64,000 nt of DNA. Origin: Psammoneis japonica (taxonomy: Eukaryota). The stretch lies in assembly GCA_008632985.1 (NCBI GenBank), contig QPGO01000034.1, positions 62,001 through 126,000 on the forward strand. Reading direction: 5' to 3'. The first letter of the stretch is position 1; every line of letters starts with the position of its first letter. Made by a program: the position numbers and the translations under genes. The notes below the pieces were generated by a model, which worked only from the letters and a program-made list of their open reading frames with translations, ran no database searches and had not been told where the DNA came from. Of the stretch, positions 54,305 to 64,000 are shown piece by piece.

Positions 54305-56780
54305 GTGTTCTTGGCGGGGTTTGAGATCATTGCAGATGCCATGTCTCAATGCCCAGACTTGAGAGCAGTCTGCAAGTGCAGCAGGGAGTGGGAGGGGCTC
54401 ATGGAAAACAAGAGAGGCAACACTCTTGCACCATGTGCAAAGGAGCTGGTTGCTCCAATGAGCTCTGGAATTGTTCTGGCGTTGCCTCACTCCACCAAAG
54501 AGTTTGTCATTTGTGCCGCTGCAACAAGCAACAATCCTGAGTTTTTGGACAAACCATTTGACAAAAAAAGCTGCACTGGGGAGAGTCATTTCTGTGCCAC
54601 CATGCTGGAAAGTTTTGAAGACAGCCAGGTCAGCATTGGTGATTTGGGTCAGCACCAACCTGATTTGTTGACCTGTGACACAAAAAGGACCACGTGGCTG
54701 CCTTTTGGCACAATCATGAAGGACAGCAATTGGAGAGTGAAAATGCTGTTGGAAAAAAAGAGCAAACATGAAAATTTGGCATTGAAGGGATTGCACATTG
54801 AGTTTGCACACGACACACCACAAAGTGCCACATTTTGGGATCAAGAGGGAATTGGCTTGAAACAAACAGCTGTCAACCCATTTAATCAGAAGGTGCTCAG
54901 AGGAAGCAGGTGGACAAAAAGCTGGATTGTGGCCCAGTTGTCAAACAAAGCAAGTTGGAGAAGTCCAACATTCATGAAAATGATGGTGGTGTTCTTCATG
55001 ATGACAAGCATCATCATGGCAGGGGCAGATCCTGATGACTTGGATGATGACACAGCAAAAGGATCAATCCTTGCATTCCCAAACTTCTTGCCAAGCAAAA
55101 TTTCTTGCAACAGGTGCCTGTTCCAGCAGCCAGGGTTGCAAAACAGTTTTCCCAGTTGGTCCACACAACCAAGAAAAGATGCTGCCATTGGCATCATTGC
55201 ATGATGCTGTGATTTTTTTGGCAGTCCAGCCATTTTGTGTTGTGTGTTCTCTTGACTGACAAGTGAGGACAGTGAAATTTTTTGCTGGAATCAGGTGCAA
55301 TCATTTGTGCATTTTTTTCCAAACCGGCACTTTGAGTTGGTGGAAGCTGTCACAAATGACAGAGCATTGTTGCAAGAGCAATTTTCTCAGACAATGCAGC
55401 CAAGAACAACTTTTCAAGATCCTGCTGGCCCACATTGCTGATTGGCACAAGACAGCTCCCCAACTGCAACAGCACTTGTTTTGCAGAAGGGTGCATCATC
55501 ATGATCTCATGTGAAAGAAGCCAAGATGGAAACAGATTGCTCTCAGATGAGTTGGGTGACAAAGACAAAGCTGCAGAAAAGTTGCTCAAGTTGCAGACAA
55601 AAGGAAGAGAAGAAGGAAAGGTCAGAGATGCATGTTGCAGTTGCCAGAAGGAGCTGTTGAAAGCTGTTGCTGCATCAACCAAGCAATGATGATGATCTTT
55701 GTGGCCTCTGGAGCTCAAGACTTGGGCCAACAGTGCCGTGATCTAACAAGAAAGGCTGGTCACTGAGCAAATGCACAATGATGATCCAGCACTGTTGAAG
55801 GTTGCAAAATTTGTGCAGATGAAGCCAAGTTCATGGGGTTGCAAGAAGAAACGCCCTTGCAACTTAGCAGGACATGTTCTGCACTTGTTTGGTTGCTTTG
55901 CTGGGCAAAACTCTGGCTGCATGTTGTTTGAAGAGTGGTCTGCCAAAAGGACCAATGCATCATGGAGGGGCTGCCCCATGGACCAGTGTGTTCAACTGAA
56001 CAAACATGCTGCAAGGAAACCCAACAAAGTCCAGGCCACAGATCAAAAAGTCATGAAAAAGATTGAGTGGAAGGCTTGTTTGATTTGCAGCACAACACAG
56101 ATTGTGGAAGTTGAGAGATGGAGTCTGGAGGAGATTGACGGTCTTCAAAAAAAAAAACACAAAAGATTGTTCATTTTGTTGGCTGCACTTTGGACAACTG
56201 CCATCAAGTCATTTGGCACAAGATTGTGCTGAGTGCAATTTCAAGATGTGGTTTCCAGATGTTTGGCAGGGGTTGAAAGGAAATGTGTTGTCACCAATGG
56301 AGATCAACTTGCTGACAAGCAGCCCACCTGCACAACTCTTGCAAACAGACAAGAAAGATGCTGCATGTTTTCATCCCTGGCCAATGTTCTTCATCATGTT
56401 GGAGACTTGGGAACAAGAGACTGCATTGCATCTCACATTTAAAACATCTGCTGAACAGATTGAAGCTGACAGCAGCTGCACATTGTTTGCAAGGAGCACA
56501 CTGCATGGCCATCAAAGGGAGCTCCCGCCAAGAAGCAATGAAGGTTTTGCAGCAGCAGTTTGGATTGAGCCATTTCCTTGGAAGCAGGTGGTGAACATTT
56601 GATGTCACAACATGCAATGCTGGCTGCACAACTGTTTGTCATCCAGCAAACAACAACTGCTGTGTTGCCTTGTGCTGTGGATGGATGTTTGACTGAAGCT
56701 GGCTTTTGGTCACCAACTGCTGCATGTCAAGGCTGCTGGGTTGGGTTGGCATCATTTGTGCCCAAGGCTGTCTGAGTTGA
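54305..56780 (+). pseudogene. Degenerate long ORF of an unidentified repeat element; C-terminus resembles a papain-like/C39-type fold
   Basis: Protein-like frames with TGA stops and shifts; CCMFSSLANVLHHVG (~56360) and CVALCCGWMFD (~56660). Confidence 0.35.
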
Positions 56781-57199
56781 TCCAGGAAGCCATCAGAAGT
56801 GCAAGGAATGCATCTCATTGCAACCCAATCAGCCAACAGGAACATTGGGATCAAACAAGAAATTGCACATGGCACCAAAGCCACAATGGTGCTGACACAG
56901 CTGCACCATCCTTGCAACTTGACTTTAACAGAAGAACCAAGCATTTTTTTTGTCTTGCAGATCACACACCCTTTCTTTCATCTTCAGAGGGGATTCCATC
57001 AAGGCGTGTTTCCTGTCACCAACTGCTTTTTCAGCACTCTCTTCTCTTAAAAAGAATTTTCAAACATTCCAGCAAATGACTGCGCTGCTTTGCCAGATTG
57101 TCATCATCCACAACCAAAGCACCAGCTCTCTGGTTTTTTGTCTTCATCACTCACTCCCACAACAGCTGCAGTTTGCATTTCTTGACATGCAGGTGATTC

Positions 57200-60100
57200 A
57201 ATGCAGCGGGCTTCAACTCCATCAACCTCTCCTTTGCCACATCCAGGCACTCTGATGGCATGGTCAAACACAACTTTCTGTGTGATCCCACTTTTCTGCA
57301 TGAGCACCTGTCAACAGTTTCTGTGTGGAATTCTGCATGAATTTTTGCCAAAAACTTGTCACCATGACAATCCCTCCACTCTGCCGCAGGCTGGCCCCAC
57401 TGGTGATCCTCAGCCAGATCCTCCACCTGACAAGGACACTGCTCCATCCACTCCAACCAGAGCTGGATCAGGAAAACCCAAAAGCTCTTTGCTCAAGGAG
57501 ATCACCATCCATTTTGAACTCACCTCCTTCAATGTTTGCATGTCCACGGCATTGGCCATGGGTCATGCTGTGATTCTCAATGCCCTCCAACAGAAAGCCT
57601 CTCATGACCCATTGATGAATGAGATGACTGTTGTGTTGAACCGGGGTTTGAAAATTCCCAAAATCAATGCAGTTGAGTGGACTTCTGGTCTCACCCACTC
57701 TCAGCACTTTGGTGTGCATTGCATTGGTGGTTCTCATCGTTGCTCCCCAATGTTTGTCATTGCTCACTGCATCCACACCTCACCAGATGTCTGGAACATC
57801 CTGTTTGTCAACAAAGTCTTAAAAGACAATGGAGTTTGTGTGCACCGCCATGAATGGGATGAGACCAGTGTTGATCTTTCTTGAGTCACCTTGCTGGTTG
57901 ATCTTGCGCCAAAGCATGGCCCAGTGGATTTAGCCCAACAATTGTTGATGGCTCTTCTTCCACCATGCACTTGCTCAAGTCACACACCTCCCTCCAGTGC
58001 CATGGACTGCACCAAATTGTCATTGAATGAACCTGTTGGCAGATTCACCTTCTCCTCCCCAAATTGCCAGACCATGCATGACCATGTGCCTTCAATGCCA
58101 ACAGATGCTCCTTTGACCAATGTGGAGGCAACTTTAATGAGTGCACCCAAGCAGCCACCAAAATTCAGGTGAGCGCAATCAGAACATCAGAGACATGCCT
58201 TGACACTGTGCAATTCCAAGTTCATCACAGCTGCACGTTGGCAGTGAAATGCTCTTTTGCACCATGGGCAACTCACTTGCTTGTCATCAAAGAATGCCTT
58301 CACTGCCCCGTACAAACTGGGTGGGACAGTGCTCACATCATGCAACTCCCTCTCCGCAAGCCACCAAACTCAACTCAAAGACCCACTGGGATGCTGGTCA
58401 ATGCAGATTTTTGACGGAAAACACGGCCATCAAGTCATGTTTGTTTCGTGTTGCCGCATTTGTTCCAACTCTTTGTCATTGGCAGGCAAGACAACCGCGT
58501 GCGCTCAGCAAGTGGCTTTGCTCTGCCAGCAAGGCCAAGTGAATCCAGACCCTCATAGAGAGCCTTTTGCTGCACCAATCTGACTTGCACTGTCGAACAA
58601 TTCTTGGATGACTCAAACCAAGAAGTCATTCTTGTTGGCAATTTCAGCTTGGATTTCTGCCACAATTCCAACACACTTGCTTCCATGGCCCAACAGTTTA
58701 ACATGTTGGATGCCATGCACCACCAACATGAAGACTTTGAATTTTCTGCTTGTGTTCAAGGTTCCAGATGCCTTGATTGTGTCCAAGCAACTCCTGGTGC
58801 TTCAGCTGCTGCAAGACTCTGCGGGTGTGAATCTTTTGGGTGCAGAACATTGTCAGATCACCAAGCTCATTACATGGATTTCAACATGGTTGCTTTGTTT
58901 GGAAACCCTTCCGTCATTCTGCCAAGATTCCAGCTCCATGATCTTCAAGCATCTTTGCCAAAACATGTGACTGTGCATGTCTCAAAGCAGTTGATCCTTT
59001 GATCACAAGTCAAAATGTCCTTGCCGGAGCAGAGGCCCTTCTTCAATCAGGGACTCCAAATCATTGTCTTGCTGACAGATTGGACCAAGACATGCTCCAG
59101 TCATTGCTGTCAGCAGCTGAGAAATGCAAATGACACAAAGAACCAGAAAGGTCTGTCAAATTGGCTGGCCAACCTCCAGAAGCAAGTGTTTGTGTCATTG
59201 AGGATGATGGCTGTGTTCCGCAACCACAAGGATGTGGTCCCCTCCATTCTCAGAGCAAAGCACAAATTGTCAACTTCGTTTCTCCTCCCTGCAATGATTC
59301 ACGAATGTTCAATGGCCCCACATTGTGCACTTGTTCGGAGTGTTGCCAAGTTGTGAAGGACAGCCAGAAGCACCAAGACACTGAACGTGATGCGCAAATT
59401 GCTGAACTAGAACTCAAAGGCACCAAAAAGTCCCAGGCTCAGGCTAAAGTTCTTTGCAATTTACACTGTGCAGAAGAAACACAGTGAGTCTTCAGAAAAA
59501 TTAATGCCTGCAAGAAGAGAGAGGGCTCCAGTGTAAAAGACCATTCAAGTCCCTGCAAACCCAAACAAAAATCAAAGACGTGCAAAACTTGAATGACAGT
59601 CAACACCCCAGAAGATGCAGCCGCAGCGCTGCAGTCCAGGAACCAGCGTCATTTTGGCCAAGCTCATGGTGCTCCACCAACAGTTCCTCCTTCATCTGTT
59701 GACCTGGGTTGCAAAGGCAATGCCACAATGGCAGAGCTCATCTTAGATGGCGAACATGAGACTGGTCAGCTGAAACTTGCTGCTTCTTTGCTCATCCAGC
59801 ATCTTCAGAGACATGCCCCACCTGCAGTGCGGAACCATGTCTCATCTGACATCTTGCTCTCCAAACCAAAGACATGGTTCGAATCTGCCTCCACATCTCT
59901 GAAGTCAGGATTGCACCTTGGACATTGGAAAGTGCTGTGTGCTCCTCATTCTCATGCCAAAGATCTGGACTCCCAAGGCAATCCATCCTCAAAGAAAGAA
60001 CATCTGGATCAAGTTCAGCAGACACTGTTTGCAATTTGCCTCAACCTCATCAACTGGGCTTTGAAGTGGGGCTGTTTGTGTGACCATTGGAAAGACATTG

Positions 60101-63100
60101 CAAACACAGTGTGATGTTCAAGAAACCAGGCAATGACAAAATCCACCGACTGCAAGTCACGCACATGTGCAAAGCAGATTTTCAAATTGTCACAGTGTCA
60201 AATGGCAAGAATTGGCTCAGCACATGGAGAACCACCAAGTGTGTGATCCTGGCACACATGGATGCCATTGCTTCTTGTCTGCTCAGACTCCAGTGTTTCT
60301 TGAGAACCTGATGTTGGAAATGTCCCAAGCCTCTTGCAAAACTCTGCTGATGAGTGATGATGATTGCACCTCCTGTTGTGATCGAAATGTTCCTGCAATT
60401 GTTGGACCATGTTCCCAAAGTGATGGAATGGACTTTTGTGTGGTTGAAGTGAACATGTCTGCCCTGCACCATGCTGGACACTGGCTTTGGACCTTGTTGG
60501 GACTGGCTCAGTGGAGTCATGCTCACACTGCTGCACAACCCCTTTGCAGCACAGGTCAAGGCAGCAGGAATTCCCCATGGCATTGGAACACCCCACACAG
60601 CTGCCTGTTTGACATCTTTGATGCAAGAGCCATGGGATCACACTTTGAAACTCCAGACAGCAAGTTCTTTGTCCAAGTTTACAATTGGGGACATGTCAAC
60701 AACACGTCCAAACAGGTCAACAACTTTTGAGCAAGTCCGCAACCGTCTGCGCTTGACTTGTCCTTTTCTCTCCAACAGGATGATCAACTTTGGTGTGATT
60801 TGCTGGCTGGACACTGCAGGACACAAACTTGAGTTGCCAAAGTGTTCCTTTCACGCAGTTGAATGGGACTTTGCTGAGTGCGGCAAGTCTCACATCCGCC
60901 CACACCATGACAACCCAGATGTTCAAATCTTCTCAGCAGACTGGTCCACGTCTTGGTCCAGCAAACAAATTTCAGCACATGCTCTGCACAAAATGCTCTG
61001 ACATTACGTTGCACCAATCAGCACCAGAAAGACTCAGTTTCAGAAACTTCTCACCAAGAGCAACACCACAGCTCCATTCCTCTGATCTTGTCCCTTTGAC
61101 CAGATTGAAACATGGCAGTGCTTTCACGTGTGCCACTTGTCTTTGATGACTCATGTCCAGCCAAACTCAACTTTCTACCTGAGGAGCTCTTGACTGTTCA
61201 ACAAAAAACAATGCGGGCTACATTTGCCAAATGCGGGTGCAACAGAAATGTGAAAAGACTCGTCCCATGTGGTCCTCAATCCCTTGGCAGCAAAGGACTC
61301 CAATTGTTGGACATGGAACAATGTGTCACTCAATTGCAACTCTTGTTGAAACACTCACAAGGTGCAACAACAAACCTCAAGTTGGGAGAAGATCAACCTT
61401 GCAAAAACTTGCACATCACGGTTTCCTGGATCCAGCTGAACACAGGAATGGGAGTGAGTTTTTTGTGGGACATTGATGCAGCACTGCCGCATGTGGAATC
61501 TTGTTGGTTTGCTTCAGTCCAGTCATTCTCACACAGGATTCAAGGAAGAATTTACTTGACACAGTCCAGCATGCTCCCTCTCCAATGTGATGACAATCAG
61601 GGCATCATGGACGTGGTCCTCCAATCTCAACTCTTTTCTCATTGTGAAATCAGATGGACAAACTGCTGTTGCTCATGCTTGCAGGTGCTGTCCATGTCCA
61701 ACATTGCTCTGTCCAATGGTTTGACATTGGACACAATGAAGGCAGCTGGTGACCCTTGCTTCAGAGCAGTGTCAGCACTTTGAACATGTTGAGCAGTGTG
61801 AACCAGGATTGAGAGTGTGGGCCACATGGAAGAAGTTTTGTGTGTCCCTGTGCCATCCAAAATCACAGACACTGAAAGAACCTCTCAGAAATTGGTTGGC
61901 ACCACCATCCACCAGGATGCGCATGCAAGCAACCATGCATTTTTCTCCCTTGGAGGATCATTTGTGCACCAGGTCTTCCTCTGGGTGCAACACATTTTGA
62001 GTGAATGGAACCAGAACAGACACACCATCACAGAACTGGAAACAGTGCCGGTCCCATCCAAAGAATCATTTCCGGCAGAACTTTCCATGACAGACGACAG
62101 TCGATGGACACTCAATCTCCCATGTGCTGACTTGTCTGATCCACTGATTTCTCGGCTTCCTGATGCATTCCAAGACATGCTGCAATCCTTGCCACAATGG
62201 GAGTCAACGTTGTTCAAAGACCTCAAGTTTCATGTGCCCCTTAAAATGCTGCTGGTTCAATGCTTTTTGTCCTCGACATTGACTGCAGGGAGTGATGGGT
62301 CTGCAAATGAAGGTGCCACCTTTGGTTGGACGATTGCATTGGCAGAACCCCTGCTGGTAGATTGTGCCGGACCAGTTTTTGGAAGACAGCCGTTGTCTCA
62401 CTGACCAGAAGCATGTGGAATTCTCTCTGTTTGCCACTTCATTTACAGATTCATGGAACACTGCCACATGAGAGAGTTTCCGGATTTGGACGTGCATTGC
62501 AACAACAAGGCGGTGGTGTCTTGCTTGGAACAGATTGCTCTTAACCTGTCGGCTCCATCTCCTGGAGACCAACTCAATGGCATCTGAGATTTTCACATCT
62601 GACACAATGGAGCCAATGCCCTTGCCTCCAACTGGGACATCATGAACAAGAGATTGCACTTTTGCATGGCAATGGAGGAATCCCACAAATCCAATGCATC
62701 CCCATTTCCTCCACAGGCAAAGTGGGTCAAAGGACATCAAGATTGACATGCCCCGGTTCACACACTTTCACTCAACGCAAGAGCAAACACATGAGCAGAC
62801 CAGACAGCCGGCACCTGCCAAGGACATTGCAGTCAAGATGCTTCAATGGTTCTGCCCTCCCTCACTGCCACTTGCATTTGAGTTTGCAGGATGGCACATT
62901 GACATCAGGCTACAAACAGCAAGTCAGGCATGCTGCCACCGCTCCGCAACTTTTGGAGTGCATTCTCAATTCTCAAGTGCAGTCAGTGGCATCCAGAAGT
63001 GATCAACCTGACAGATTGCTTGGGATGCTCATGCCATTCTAACAAAAAGGCATTCCAAGCAACACATTGAAACAGCTGAGCTTGTTCACAACCTTCTTCC

Positions 63101-63850
63101 TGCCAACGAGATGGTCAACAGATGCAATTCCATCCAACCTCACCATTGCATTCTCTGTGAGCATCTGATGGAGGACAGGGATCATGCACTGTGGTGTCTG
63201 CACAATGAACCCTGGCACAGAAAATTTTTGCAAGGATTGCAGCATTGTTGCAACCAGATCAACACGATGCCAACGCGGCATGATTTCTCATTGGGTTCCA
63301 TTCAAGCATGGTTTGACAGTGAGATGGTGCGCCCAGACGATTTAGACTGCCACTGCAGAGCCCTGTGGCATGCTCAATCAGATGTGGGATGGCAGCAAGT
63401 GTTTGGTGGAAGGCACTCCACTCTTTGGAATGTGGTCCAGTTGGGGTGTTTGTGTGATTCAGGCATTCTTCATCAGCACCAAGAAGAGAACAAACAGCCC
63501 CTGAATTGGACCATTCAGATGCGTTTGTTCACATGGAAACAGTGGTGGAGTCTGTGGGAAGAGCATGACCATCATGTGCATGGACACAGTGCAGATTTGA
63601 GGACATTGTCTCAGAGATGAAAGGTTGAGGCCAAATTGACAGCTGCACACAACAAATGCCAAGAATGCCTGGCCAAAGATTGAGGTGTCCTGCTTGATTC
63701 TGTGGAAGATCATGAACATTTCACAACAACGCACACACAAAATTGGATCTCAATGGTCCAACCCAGACTGAAAGAAAGTCTCAAAGAAGCCAAAAAAGCT
63801 GGTGCTTTGCAGCACTTGCACCATCACCAGTTGCTTCCATCAGGCATCTC
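57200..63850 (+). mobile_element. Decayed non-LTR retrotransposon (Ambal-like LINE): partial ORF1 (~57330-57900), ORF2 with APE endonuclease (~58170-58910), RT (~59900-60900), RNase H (~62280-62750) and CCHC finger (~63145-63200)
   Basis: APE: DPLGCWS, TTACAQQ, VILVGNF, GSRCLDC, LSDHQ. RT: SGLHLGHWK, KKPGNDKIHRLQVTHMCKADF, SCCDR, TGQGSRNSP, GHVNN, LELPKC. RNase H: GSDGS..TFGW, WVKGHQD. Finger: CILC..EDRDHALWC; QSDVGW. Confidence 0.9.
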
Positions 63851-64000
63851 CTCAAGGAGATGCTGACTCAAGCCAATTGCATTTGCTTCTGCCGCACCCC
63901 TGGCAGGGTGTGCTGGAGGTGTGGGTCAGCTGGTGCCAGTGTTGCTGGGCAAAGGTGCAGCAGCACTTTAAATTGGGTTTGGGCTTTTTTCTGTGTGATC

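Larger units (their letters stand above)
51740..64000. other. Hypermutated block 3 (nested decayed repeats; continues past the window end)
   Basis: Roughly 40 TA in ~12 kb by manual scan; CG also scarce; TG/CA saturated. Confidence 0.9.

Noticed and set aside
58170..63850. Alternative genetic code, TGA readthrough or RNA editing rescuing the LINE
   Set aside because: Neighbouring genes use the standard code, and the element also has frameshifts and a destroyed YxDD site.
51900..64000. Dense overlapping Cys/His/Gln-rich ORFs in all six frames (also in 8.5-11 kb and 12.7-15.9 kb)
   Set aside because: Artefact of TA depletion: TAA/TAG stops and Tyr codons vanish while TG/CA codons increase. 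They are not real genes or metal-binding proteins.

Overview
Eukaryotic, gene-dense, intron-containing genomic DNA, most likely from a diatom. The basis is bipartite plastid-targeting presequences, helicase-associated repeat proteins and an Ambal-type LINE. There are about 21 ordinary protein-coding genes, including an S49 peptidase, SMARCC/SWI3, kinesin-13, DCC1, FHA-WDR70, GUN4-like, NTT, coronin, LPAAT, BT1, Nup155 and an HMG-box protein. Several carry single-base deletions in homopolymer runs that look like assembly errors. Three blocks (~8.5-11.0 kb, ~12.7-15.9 kb, ~51.7-64.0 kb) are almost devoid of BOTH CpG and TpA and are loaded with TpG/CpA. The third block holds a decayed non-LTR retrotransposon whose conserved motifs show the direction of change: CG->TG/CA and also TA->TG/CA (conserved Tyr read as Cys/His; TACG->TGCA). 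The A->G change prefers TAY. This suggests a repeat-targeted hypermutation process running opposite to fungal RIP. A second notable item is a pair of ~91% identical 90-nt introns flanking a 21-nt micro-exon with no exon duplication. All family assignments are by motif recognition by eye; no searches were run and counts are approximate manual tallies.
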